Positions 12,240-24,800 of a DNA stretch of 64,000 nt are shown here, piece after piece. A program made the position numbers and the translations under genes. Numbering within the stretch: the stretch's first letter is position 1; every line of letters starts with the position of its first letter. The stretch is from Podarcis pityusensis. Its lineage: Eukaryota. The notes beneath the pieces were generated by a model, which ran no database searches, was not told the DNA's origin, and saw only the letters and a program-made list of their open reading frames with translations. The stretch lies in the NCBI GenBank assembly GCA_964106645.2, contig OZ067039.1; one strand, given 5' to 3'.

Positions 12240-14373
12240 GTATATGGTATATATAAATAACACCAAAAACAAAATAGCCACGCAGAGGTTGAAAAATATG
12301 AAGCTTCTGAGCATTTAACGAAATTTTAAAGTAACAATCGGGGCATCATATTATGCAGCATATTTTATTACCCTTGGGAAGTGGGGTGGGTTGAAAACTT
12401 TAAGAGCCCCCTCTTAGCTATTGGCCTGGCATGACTCATCAGCTTATACATTAAAGTGCTTTAGTTTAGAATGCCTTAGGAGGTGGCGAAGAGTAAAGTA
12501 ATTTAAATGGCTTTAAAATGTTTTTGTGTGTGGTTTTTTTTAAAAGAGTAACTGAATATTTGGTGGTGCTAAAGCACTTTCAGTCTTTTAAAGCTCTTTA
12601 ATTGCCCTAATGTGAATGGAAGGTTCTAATCTTAGTTTTGTTTTTGCTACTCACACCATTATTTTCCTACAGTTATTATAGAAAAGCTTTGTGACACCTA
12701 CTTCTTACCAGCAAATAGGAAGAATCCCTGAAACGTTGGCCCTTTTGCATTAAAAAAACCCAACAGATGATGTTCCTCTAATGATAAGACTTCAGTGTGG
12801 CTTCCATTTTATTTCCTGCAACACTAATGCACATTTGAATAAAATCCACCCATTTATTTTATTTGCACCTACCAGTATGCTCTCTGATCATTCCTGTTCA
12901 GTTGAATCTTTACTTGTTCCTCAGTTCTGGCAGTCTTTGCTGCCACTGGAAAATCCACTAGAAAGTTCTTTCCTCTGTGAGGAAAGATGGTGGAAGTTGG
13001 TGCAACTACTTCCATGCCACAGTCAAAGCCAGGTGACTTTTTACCAGGTCTTGCGACACTAGAGGTAGACTTCTGCAGGCTTCCCTACCTGCCTCCCATC
13101 TTCTGCCACACCTGCTGCCTCTGCTGCTACTCCCAATGACTCCTCCCCTACTCTATTGCCTTGTCCACTTGAACAGTATTTGCGGCTGCCTTGGGAGTGG
13201 CAACCTTCCCCTTTGATGTTGCCACAGAGGACTCAGTAAATAAAACGTTTTAAATGTGTTGTAAAGTGCAATATACAAATATGACACTAGATGGCGAGAG
13301 TGAGCTATGACAAATCCAATGTATTTTTCAAAACATTTTTTTAAAAGCATTTTCACAGCATTTTTTTTATATGTTTGTAGATTCCACCAGAGAACACCAG
13401 CTGCACCACTGTCCCATTCCTGCAACAGTGGCAAATACTGTTCAAAATCTAACTATGTTAAACTGAGAATGTTGTACAATAAACAGAGTTTGACACTGTT
13501 AGAGCAATACCATAGCAATGCATGCATTCTCTGGTGTCTCTTCTTCAGAGTGAGGTATGAACCCACATTTTGGAGAGCTGTGTAGGAGCACTACTGCTGC
13601 TGCTCCAGGCTGTGTTTCTGTGGCAACAAACGCTGTTTAAAGTTAAACAGAATTTTCTGCAGTACCAAAAGCAGCAGCAACACTACAAGCTGGCTGGCTG
13701 GAGGGCAGACATTGGCAGAATTTGCCAAACCTCTCCCCACAAAAAAACCCCATAGGCAATTCCTAAATCAGGCTTGTGTGTGTGTATGTACACACACACA
13801 TATTTGTAGTATGTGGCACTGCAAAGTAGCTAAGCATAGCCTTAGAGGATTTAAATAAGGCTTAGAGGATTAGTTAGCAAATCCAGTAGTGCAGTAAAAT
13901 AGAAAAAAAAGGTTTATGGATAGGTTATCAAAATCATAGGGCATTCACACATATAGACAAGCAAACAGTTTTGAATGTGGCTCAGAAACCAGCTTTGTCT
14001 CAACATGGTAAAAAAAAAAAGGACAAGGTTTATTCTTGCACAATTGCAAGGTTTTCCAGCCGTATATTCTATGCTTTAAAAAGAGGCTAACCCCCCAGTC
14101 TCCATCATGTCTTGGGGACCTGTTGTTAGAGAAAATAAAAGAAGCATGAGCAAGTAAACATGTTCTTATAAAGCAATTCCCAAGGCAACCTGCAAACCTA
14201 GCTATCCCAGAAACTAGATCCCATTCTTTAACAGTGAAAGCCTTATCTGTAGTCTAGTAGATTATGATTATTTATTAAATTTATACACTGCACGTCATCT
14301 GAAGCTCAGGCAGTATGCAACATAAACACAACCTAAAAACACAAAATACAGAACATCACACAGAAGATGGAGC

Positions 14374-16138
14374 TCTTCTTCTTTGGTGATTACTCGTAGT
14401 CGAGTCAGATTGTCTTCCATGAACACGGTTTTAAAACTGAATCCGTAAGTGACTGTGGAGGCCAATTCTGGATCCACAGTGGGGAAGGACTATAGGTTTC
14501 TGGGTGAGAGTTGATCACGGTGAGGGTTTGCCAAACGTGTCAGCCTCTTAGCACATTTCTTCCTATTGTCCTGAGTTCGAGCATCTTCAGAGTCCACAAC
14601 ACCTTCGGTAAAGGCTGTTCTCCAATTGGATCGCTCAGAGGCCAGTGTTTCCCAGTTGTCAGTGCTTATACTACATTTTTTTAGATTTACCTTGAGAGAG
14701 ATTTTAAACCTCTTTTGTTGACCTCCAGCATTACACTTTCCATTTTTAAGTTCAGAATAGAGTAGTTGCTTTGGAAGACGATAATCAGGCATCCACACAA
14801 CATGTCCAGTCCAACGAAGTTGATATTGAAGCATCATTGCTTCAACACTGGTGATCTTTGCTTCTTCCAGTACACTGGCATTAGTTTGCCTGTCTTCCCA
14901 AGTGATGTGTAAAAATTTTCAGAGACACCGTTGATGGAATCTGTCGAAGAGTTGGAGATGGCGTTTATAAGTTGTCCATGTTTCACAAGCATACAGTAAA
15001 GTTAGTAGTACAATAACTTTGTAAACAAGCATTTTGGTTTCCCTGTGAATGTCCTGGTCCTCAAACACTCTGCACTTCAATTGGGAGAAAGCCACACTCA
15101 CAGAGCTCAAGTGATGCTGGATTTCGGCATCAATGTTGGCCCTTGTGGTAGGAGAAGTGATCAACATTTTCCAACGATACACCATTGAGTTGAATTTGTG
15201 GCGCCGCAGAGGGGTTATTTTGTACTTGTTGGTGCAGCACTTTGGTCTTTTGGATGTTGAGCAATAGGCCAAGCTTTTCGTAAGCTTCTGTGAAGACATT
15301 TAGGATGGTTTGGAGCTCATCCTCTGAGTGTGTACACATTATGTTGTCATCAGCATACTGAAGCTCTATGGTGGAAGATACAGTAACCTTACTCTTTGCT
15401 TTCAGCCTGCTCAGATTGAAGAACTTTCCATCTGTTTGATATATGATTTCTACCCCAGTGGGGAGTTTCCCTTCAACAAAGTGTAGGATCATGGCAATGA
15501 AGATAATAAATAGAGTTGGGGCAATAACACAACCCTGTTTAACACCTGATTGCTTTGAGAGCCACTGTTATCTGTGATTGTTACTGTCATATTATCGTGG
15601 AAGAGCCAAAGGATGTTCACAAATTTATCTGGTCAGCCAATTTTCAGGACAGTCCACAGGGCATTAGAATTTACAGTGTCGAAGGCCTTAGTCAGGTCAA
15701 CGAACACTATAAACAGGGGTTGGTTTTGCTCTCTGCATTTTTTCTTGAAGCTGTCGAGCAGTGAAAATCATGTCCATTGTCCCCCTGGAAGGTTGAAAAC
15801 CATTTTGGGATTCAGGAAGGGTAGCCTCAGATATTGTTAGGAGATGGTTTGCTAAGATCCTTGCAACAATTTTGCCGGCCGCGGCTAATAAGGAGATGCC
15901 TTGATAGTTTCCGCGATCTGTTCTATCACCTTTTTCCAAAAGAGATTGGTAATTTTGGCATCCCTAAAGTCTGCTGGGATCTCCTCTCTCTCCCATATTT
16001 TTCTGATGAGCTTGTGAAGTTGTTGTGTAAGTTCAATTCCGCCCACTTTGAAGACTTTGGCAGGTATCCCATCAGGTCCGCTGGCTTTGTTGTTCTTCAT
16101 TTGGTTAATAGCTGTACACAACTCTCCCAGATTTGGAG
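14374..16138 (-). mobile_element. 5'-truncated, disrupted RTE-clade LINE (distinct from the Bov-B copy)
   Basis: RT fragments in several frames (KASGPDGIP, YQGISLL, ESQNGF, LQYADD, RWTGHVVWMPDYRLPKQLLYSEL) and a (GAA)n tail. 14-bp TSD ACAGAAGATGG[A/T]GC at 14360-14373 and 16139-16152. Confidence 0.9.
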
Positions 16139-17688
16139 ACAGAAGATGGTGCACCACCACCCTGATTACCCAGACCTATAACCATGGAGAAGCTGTGCTA
16201 GGGAGAGTTTGTGAACAGCCAGCCTGGACTAGAGAAGTGATGAATGATGTCATTCACCTGTCACTGGGAAATCTTTGGCTTAGTAAGAGGATTGACATTT
16301 CAAGCAGGGCTATTCAGGAAATGAAGAAGACAAACCGCTTAAAACATTCCCTGAGAAAAACAGATCAGAGGAAAAAAGACAGAAGTGCTCCTACCATTTG
16401 AAGCAGTCAGGAGCACACCAAAATGATCTGCTTTGCTAGCTTTTGCTGGCTCCATCAACAGAATTTGGGTCTTAGGGAAATGGAAGCTAGCAATGATATT
16501 GGCCAAACTGCAGCAATCAGGCTGGCTAAATTCCTTGTTCATGATGCATCAAATCTATGATTTAAGGTGAGGACTAGCTGCATGGAAAAACAAACAAACA
16601 TGATATATTAGCTGGCCCTGAGACATATAGCTTTATTATTCTGTTAGCCTTGCTCTTACTTTTTTAAAAAAACAAGCAACAGTCTGTTAAAATTGACAGC
16701 ATGTCCGCACCACAAAAGCACAGCACCCAGAAATGCATAGTAATCAAATAGTGGTGTATGTATTTTTCAGCTATAGGCTTTCCAGCTGTCTTGAAGGCTC
16801 TCTTCTTAATAAACAGTGATTTTGCAAATTAAACTAGTGCCAGACATCCAATTAAACCCCAGTGACTGACATTTTTCAAAAATAGGCCAACCCTCTGGTG
16901 TAATAAAAACATAATGGCAAACTCTTGCTGCACAGTTAAATGGCAGTCCTTGCTAATAAACGAACTTGGTATGACCCTATTGAATTCCCAATACAATACT
17001 ACAGGCTTACCTAAAAGTAAGTGGGTGGGATTTAAGGATTTAAGGGCTTGCTTTTCAGACCTCAACATTTTAAATTGCGAACAGTGGGACAAAGGGGTTA
17101 TTTTTTACTTCTCTCAGTTCTGCAGTAATAATAATAGCCGTGCTTACTTTCTCCCACCATGGCTATTGCTGTCTGTAAAATGCTGAAGAAGTCAAATGGT
17201 CTACAGAGGGCGATTTCCAGGTTGGTATTAAGAAATTATAAATTCTCGTGTGCAGTTAGTGATTCTGGGTTGGCACCCACCCACTTCCTACATAAATTTG
17301 CCACAAATTATCTACTTCTGACAGCACAATGGTAGTTCATTTCAGTGTTTCCCTTAGCCCATTTGGAGGAAGATCCTGAAGTTTTTATAGTTTTATCTAT
17401 GCTTCATGGATGCCCAAATTAATATGTGCCAAAGCGGTTTATATTAAGGTAATCACTCATTATAGGTTTAATCATTTCACATTACTGGAGGCTAAGGACT
17501 CCACGACTGCCTGCCTGAGAAAGCTATGAATATAGCTCAAAAAAATCTTTAGAGATTAATATGGAGCTAAAACAAGTTATTAAACCCTAGCACAACAAAA
17601 TAAACTTGCAAATCACAAGCCTTCAACATAAATACTGTGGCAAATTTTGGGAGGGCATTTTCACCCAACCCCAGTATGTTTCTGTATG

Positions 17689-17771
17689 TGCTGGAAGCCT
17701 CCCAGAGTGGCTGGGGAAACCCAGCCAGTTGGGTGGAGTATAAATAATAAAATTATTATTAATAATAATTA
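17689..17771 (+). mobile_element. L2 extreme 3' end
   Basis: CCCAGAGTGGCTGGGGAAACCCAGCCAG...TATAAATAATAAAATTATTATT. Confidence 0.8.
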
Positions 17772-18281
17772 TAGTATTCACAGCTGCCATGGGGAGGGAG
17801 ATTGCATTTGATAATCAAAATGGATCAATCAAAATGACATATATATGCCCCCAGGAAGGAATTTCCAAATGCATCCCTGGGTAATGTCATGTACACAAAT
17901 GAAGGGGTGAAAGGTGGAGTATAAGCATTTAAATGAATAAGCAAAATGGGTTCTGCACACAGGATTTGTGGAGAGATAGGTCTGCTTGCACATAGCCACG
18001 GTTAGATTACCAGCAAAAATGCTGGTCATCTCAGGTAAGAGCCTTCTTGGTGGCTGCTCACAGGCTCTGAATATCCCTGCCAAGGGAGGCCCAGCTAGCT
18101 CCATTTTGAACTCTTTTTCAGTAGGAAAAGAAATTTTCACTTAGAAAGGCTGATTTCAATATATTGTATTATTGGCTTTTACCTGTTGCTTTATTAATGT
18201 TTAAGTGCCTTGTTCTAATGTTTTTATGTCGTATTTTAGTGCAATTTGACTGCCTTTTGTTATTCTGTACTGTGTTTGCAC

Positions 18282-18588
18282 CAGGGGCATGGACTTGGGC
18301 TCCAGGTTATGAGTGCCCAATGGTGCCTGTGATGCAACATGATGTCATGCTGTCATGACATCATGACATCACAGTGTATCGGCGGGATGGTGGCTCTTCC
18401 AAGGCCTCTAATGTGACTTCCGGTTTCTACTGGAAGTTGCGTTCGGAGCCCTGGCAGGGGCTTCAACGTCATCTGGGAGGCCGTGTTAGAGCTCTGACGT
18501 GACTTCTGGTAATCAGAAGTCATGCTGGAGCTCAGCGTTGTTTTTATGGGTGCTTAGCACCCAGAGCCCCCTCGACCTGGCGTTTATG
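18282..18588. mobile_element. hAT MITE
   Basis: Perfect 8-bp TSD GTTTGCAC at 18274-18281 and 18589-18596, with degenerate CAGGGGC / GCGTTTATG ends. Confidence 0.8.
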
Positions 18589-20389
18589 GTTTGCACTGCT
18601 GTTAGCCTCTTTCACCCATTGGGGGAAAGGCAGAAATGACAATTGAGGAATGTTAGTGAAACCATCTGATGATGAGGTTCACAGAATCATCAATTTGGGA
18701 AGTCTAAACTACTGCCGTGTTGGATTTTAAGCGTTTTGAGCACTTCCAGATGACCTGTTTATTGAGCATTCATTCTGATTTGTTGGTGGGGAGGTTAGAT
18801 GATGTTGTGTCAAAGCTAGTGTTGCCCCACACTTTCCAGTGTCTTTTCTCATTGCTTTTCCTTACTACAAAAAAATCTGATGCTTTAGGAAAGTGTGTTT
18901 GTTGCACAAGATCTTCCAAATCAACTAGAATTGCACAACCTGCATTTGCTGGTATGTGAACTTAAAACAGTGACAGTCTGGAAGCACCCTTCATATCTGG
19001 ATTGGATTGGACATTTGGATTGATTTGAGGAGTAGAGGGCATGTTCTAAGAACATACATTATTACAAACTGCACTTTCAAGACCTAAAGGGCTGTGGCTA
19101 TAAATCATCTCCATTAGTAAATGCAGTGTCAGGTTCCAATGAATTCTGAACTATTCTAAACTCCTGGCCTATTATACATTCATGTGCCTGGGAATAGTTG
19201 GGTAATTTTTATCAGGCAGATGAAGCTAGTCTCTCCTTTTGCCTGCAAGTCTCAAGAGGTGGTCTGGAAGTTAATCTACCATATCAACAGCCTCCTTTCC
19301 CTACATGGTTAGTTGACTAAGCAGCTTCACTGAGAGGCCTAGGCCCCAAGAGTTTCATTTGCTGCTTTCAGCTGATAGTAGGCTAAGGCCCCATACACAA
19401 TGTGAAACTCCACGTTGTAAGAAACCTTCAGAGATCTTCACAAGACATGATGGTTGGTGGCCAAAAACCAAAACAAGCAAGCAAACCCAAGGTTATTATT
19501 TTTAAAGCGCTAGTCCATTGAACAAGATTTGGGGAGGTGGAGGGGGGCGGATAAGGAATTAATTTGGCTGCTGGCCAGAGCTGAATAAAATCCGCTTTCT
19601 CACCTTCACGAAATTGAATGTGCTCAGATTGGGAACTAGCATGATGCTTATCAGCCTAAGGAGAATTAGAAGTGGTCTGAGAAAGTACTCATGACATTCT
19701 GGAGGGAAATAGAAAAATCAATGTACTTACTTTGTTTGAAAATGTTTCATGCTTTTTGAATATCCTTAACCATACCTATCCACTCTCTGTTATCTCTCCT
19801 GCTATATATAAAATTAAGTCGGTTTATGCTGGCACTGAGGTGAAGTGTTTGTGTGTGTGCATTTCACAAACTCTCTGAGCTAACTGGAATCTCACCCACC
19901 TACCCTGCTTTTAGTGATTTTTGTGATCCTATGTCAAAGGGTGCACAGATACTCACAAGGGGGCTGTTGTGGGGTGGGGAGGGGCGAGAGAACACATCTT
20001 TGTTGCCAAGGCAATGACAATCTTCCTTGTTCAAATCATGGCATTGATAATGTAGACACAGACCATCAACAGTGTGTTACTTTCAGAGTGAGAGGAACAT
20101 GAGTGTCTGATTTGCCTTCAACAATGTCATCACATTGATTGTCAGTGTGGAGTCATGATGTCACCACATCCACTATGAGATCCCTGATTGGTTGTGATAA
20201 CAAAGGAAAAAAGGACAGAAACACTGTTGGTAGCCCACTTACAGGAGGCTGCTGCTTCTACCATGCCTGTTGTGGCAAGGTAGCAACAAAAATAATCAGG
20301 ACCAATGAGGGGTGGGGCAGGAGGGCCACTTGGCCTGACGTCTCAAACTCAAATTTAGATACTTCTTTATTTTTGCCATTTGATAAGTT

Positions 20390-20930
20390 TAATAATAATT
20401 TTATAATAATTTATTATTTATACCCCGCCCATCTGGCTGGGTTTTCCCAGCCACTCTGGGCGGCTCCCAATAGAATATTAAAAACATGATAAAACTTCAA
20501 ACATTTAAAACTTCCCTAAACTTTAGATGTTTTCTAAAAGTCAGGTAGTTGCTTATTTCCTTGACATCTGGTGGGAGGGTGTTAAAAACACGATGAAACA
20601 TCAGTCATTAAAAACTTCCCTAAACAGGGCTACCTTCATATGTCTTCTAAATGTCAGATAGTTGTTTATCTCTTTGACATCTGTTGGGAGGGCATTCCAC
20701 AGGGTGGGTGCAACTACCGAGAAGGCCCTCTCCCTGGTTCCCTGTAACTTGGCTTCTCACGGTGAGGGAACCGCCAGAAGGCCCTCGGCGCTGGATCTCA
20801 GTGTCTGGGCTGAATGATGGGGATGGAGACGCTCCTTCAGGTATGCTGGGCCGAGGACATTTAGGACTTTAAAAGTCAGCACCAACACTTTGAATTGTGC
20901 TCGGAAACATACTGGGAACCAATGAAGGTC
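20390..20930 (-). mobile_element. L2 3' fragment with an internal duplication of about 105 bp
   Basis: Reverse complement of the 49.9-kb family. The segment TTAAAAAC...GACATCTG.TGGGAGGG occurs twice. Confidence 0.85.
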
Positions 20931-21053
20931 TAACTACTTGTTTTATGTGTGTTGGATCAAAGCATGACACTTTCACCTTAGAGCTGCAAATTTAAGCAGA
21001 TGCGGTATGTGATTTGGTAAAATGGTATAATCCTCTTGTTAAATGATACACGT

Positions 21054-21837
21054 TGTCAGGGCTGCCTCAAGTCTCAGTTCACAAAAGACCAACGCCAATC
21101 TCTTCTTATATACGAAAGTGTTTATTGCAGTTCATTGTTTGCTTCACATCCGAGGCGCGCAGCCCCACGTCTGTTACGCTTAGACCGTTGAAGTCCCCTC
21201 TGAGTCAGTCCCTCCCCTGCACCAGTTTAAGAAGCTTGCTCTGCTCCACCTCTTCCTCTCTTTCCTTTTCCGCAGGGTCTTCCTGCCCCCTGGGGTTTCG
21301 CCCCTCCTGGATTCCCCTGACGCGGAATCCCCAGACTGCTCTTCCCCCCTCCTGCGGGCTTTGGGACCTGGCTCTTCCTCCGGGCTCCCTGTACTTCCGC
21401 GCGCCTCTACATTTGAATTTGGCGTGCGCGCCCAACCTCTAACCTTCCTTTTGACAGTTACACTACTCCCTTCACTACTCCCCTCCCCTTCCGGGAGGGT
21501 GGCTTGCTCCGACCTCCCTCCCTTCTCTGCTGCCGGAGCTGCTTCCCCTGATACACTGGATCCTCCACCCCCTTCGCTGCACTCTGGCGGGGAGGCTGGT
21601 TCTGACGCCCAGCTGCCACTTTGGGATCCCCTGCTGGCCCCCTGTTCCTGACACGTCCCCCCTGGGGCTCCCCTGGCCCTGACCACCGACGCCCCCTTCT
21701 GGGAATCCTCTGATTCGCTGGAAAGACTCATGGAATTTCTTGAGTCATTGTCATCCTCTTCCTCGCTGTCCTGGGATTCATCCCCATCGCTCTCCATCTC
21801 CTGCCTACCCTGTGCCTCTGTCCCTGAACCCCTGACA
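21054..21837 (-). repeat. 3' LTR
   Basis: TG...CA ends, immediately preceded on the minus strand by the polypurine tract, and contains AATAAA. Confidence 0.97.
21121..21126 (-). terminator. Polyadenylation signal AATAAA in the 3' LTR (copy at 26864-26869)
   Basis: Plus-strand TTTATT, located downstream of the predicted R start and of the pol stop codon. Confidence 0.75.
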
Positions 21838-24800
21838 TCCATCCCCCCCTCGAAGCCCCCCCTTCCCCCCTCCCGCTGCTCGGGCGCAGGTTCCGGGAGC
21901 TCCGTTGTAGCGGGGGTAGATGCTGAATACAGTCCGTCGACGTCGATCTCCTCTGCTTCCAGTTCAGTGTATGAGTGCTCGAAACCAGGGTCCTCCCCCA
22001 ACACATCCAAGTCCTCCCCTCCCCCAGTTACTTCAGGCGATGCTACTTGCCAAGGCTCCCGTCGCCACCCCACTTCTGGTTGATCGTCCCACCAATAAGA
22101 GCGGTCCGTGTCCACCCCCGAGCACGATCCCCTTGGAGGGCTCGATTCCGGCGTGGTCCCCTCTGCGGAGGAGAACCCCCGGAAGGTGCTGTCTGAAAGT
22201 GTGGGCGTAAAAAGCCAGTCGTCAAAATACTCCGCTGGCATGGGCCTGTGTGGGAAGAGTGCATGGAACTCGTCTTTGAGAAGAGGTTCCTCCAGAGCAT
22301 AATCTGGCACCCAACTGTTGGCGCTGGCCGGGGTACCTTCCCTGGTGAGGAGGTATTCTACCCCCTCCTCCCCCCATCTCGAGTCCAGAATTTCCGTGGC
22401 CTCGTTGAGTGTCGGGGCCCTCGGTGACTTCCCCCCCCCTGATGACTTTCTACGTGGGTCTGGTGCCGTCCCTGGCTCCTGAAATCTGTGTGGGGCCTTG
22501 TAGGGTGTAAGCACCGACCTATGAAAGACCGGGTGCATTCTGGAACCTTCTGGGAGTGTCAACCGAAAAGCTACGGGGTTGATCCTGCCCTCAACTTGGT
22601 ATGGCCCTAGCTGTTTGTGTCCTAGCTTCTTCTTAGCCAACGACTTGGCCGGCACCGCCTGAGCTGCTAACCATACCCAGTCCCCCACCTGGATCTCTTC
22701 TCCTGCCCTCCTGTGCCTGTCTGCCTGCACCTTGTAGGCGTGTTTAGCTAGCTCCAAGTGCCGTCGTAACTCCTCGTGGACCTCCTGCAATTCTGCTGCT
22801 AAATGCTCAGCTCCCTGCGACTCCCCCTGCGTCGGTGTCTCCAACCCCGGGAAGGTTCTGGGATGTCGCCCATTGTTGGCGAAGAATGGTGTCACCCCCG
22901 TAGACGCGTGCTTCGTGTTGTTGTAGGCAAACTCGGCCATTGGTAAGTAGTCCACCCAAGTTGCAGGCTGTTGATTGGCGTAACATCGCAGGTACTGCTG
23001 CATGATGGCGTTGACCCTCTCCACTTGGCCGTTGGTTTGCGGGTGTCTCGCCGACGCTAAGTTGATCTTGACATTCAGGATGCCCAGGAGCTTCTGCCAG
23101 AAACTGGAAATGAATTGGCGACCCCGGTCGGACAAGATGGACCGTGGTAAGCCGTGCACCCGGAACACGTGGTCTATGAACAGCTTGGCGGTCTGTTCCG
23201 CTGTTGCCACCTTCGCGCAAGGAATGAAGTGCGCCATCTTGGTGAAGAGGTCTGCAACCACAAGCACCGCCGTCTTGCCTCGCGAACTGGGCAGATCAGT
23301 AACAAAGTCCAGCGCCACCCTTTCCCACGGCTGTAGTGGCGTCTCCAGCGGTTCCAGCAATCCCGCTGGCTTCTTGTGCACTGGCTTGGACCTTTGACAA
23401 GTGTCACACCTGGCGACGTAATCCGCGACCTCTCCTCGCATCTGGGGCCACCAAAAGTCCCTGGCTACTAAGTCCGCCGTCTTTTCCTTGCCGAAGTGAC
23501 CCGCGCTGGGTGCGTCGTGTAACTGCTGTAGAACCTTCGCGCGGAGATCGTCTCCCGGCACGTAGAGAGCGCCTTTGCGGGTTAGCAGGCCGTCGCGTAT
23601 CTGGAATTCGTCGTCCTTTGCTGTCCCTCTGCGCACCTCCTCCATCTTGGATTGTGCGAACGGATCCGTCTGCAGTGCGCGTCGCACCGCGTCCAGGTCC
23701 ACGGCGGCGGAAGCGCACGCCCACGCCTGCGGTGCGAAAATGTGCTTGGCTGCCACTGGTGCCGCTTCCTCGAGATACTGCGGTTTCCTGGAGAGCGCAT
23801 CCTCTATGACGTTGTTGTCTCCCGGGATATACTCTATCCTGAAGTCGAAATCCACAAAGAACTCCGCCCATCGTATGTGCCTCTGGCTCTGGAGCTTCGC
23901 CGTGCGCCAATACTCTAGGTTCTTGTGGTCCGTGCGGACCTGCACGGTGTGCTTGGCTCCGATGAGGAAGTGCTGCCACGCCTTGAAAGCCGCGTGGATG
24001 GCCAACAACTCCCTGTCCCAGATGGTGTAGTTCTGTTCCGACTTGCTGAGCTTCCGGGAATAGAAAGCGCAGGGCCTCCAGTTCCCTTGCGGATCTTCCT
24101 GCAAGAGGACGGCCCCCACTGCTCTGTCAGATGCGTCAGTCTCAACCCGCATGGGCCTGCCGGGATTCACGTGTAGCAGCTGTTCTTCGGACGCGAAGAG
24201 GCTCTTAAGTCTCCTGAAGGACTGCTCCGCCTGGTCCGTCCAGGTGAACTTTTTCTTCTTGGAACTGAGGGTGTCCGTGATAGCTGCCGTCTCTTTCGCG
24301 AAACCCCTGATGAACTTGCGGTAAAAGTTGGCGAAGCCGACGAACCTCTGGACCTCCTTCCGATTGCGCGGGCTGTTCCAGTCCAACACTGCGCGGACCT
24401 TGGCACTGTCCATGGCTAGTCCCTTGTCGGACAGCCGGTAGCCCAGGAAATCCACTTCCGTCACGTCGAACTGGCACTTCTCCAGTTTGGCGTAGAGTCT
24501 GTGCTCCCGTAGCCTCTGCAGGACCTCCTTTACGTCTCTCTCGTGAGTCTCCTGCGATTCTGAGAAGATCAGAATGTCGTCGAGGAAGCATACGCACTTC
24601 TTGTAGAGGAGTCCCGCTAGCACGTGGTGCATGAATGCTTGGAAACAGTGGGAGCCATTTTGGAGACCAAACGGCATAACTCTGTATTCATAGGTGCCCA
24701 GCGGCGTGAACATGGCCGTCTTCCACTCGTCACCTTCCCTCATGCGTATTAGATTGTATGCTCCGCGTAGATCCAACTTGGTGAAGACCCTCCCCTTCCT

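Noticed and set aside
13381-13440. Possible host exon after TTTGTAG
   Set aside because: No convincing donor or recognisable peptide. Small exons cannot be excluded without RNA data.
21180-22262. Tail after integrase read as an env gene
   Set aside because: It has no signal peptide, hydrophobic transmembrane segment or Cys pattern, is low-complexity and charged, and is in frame with pol.
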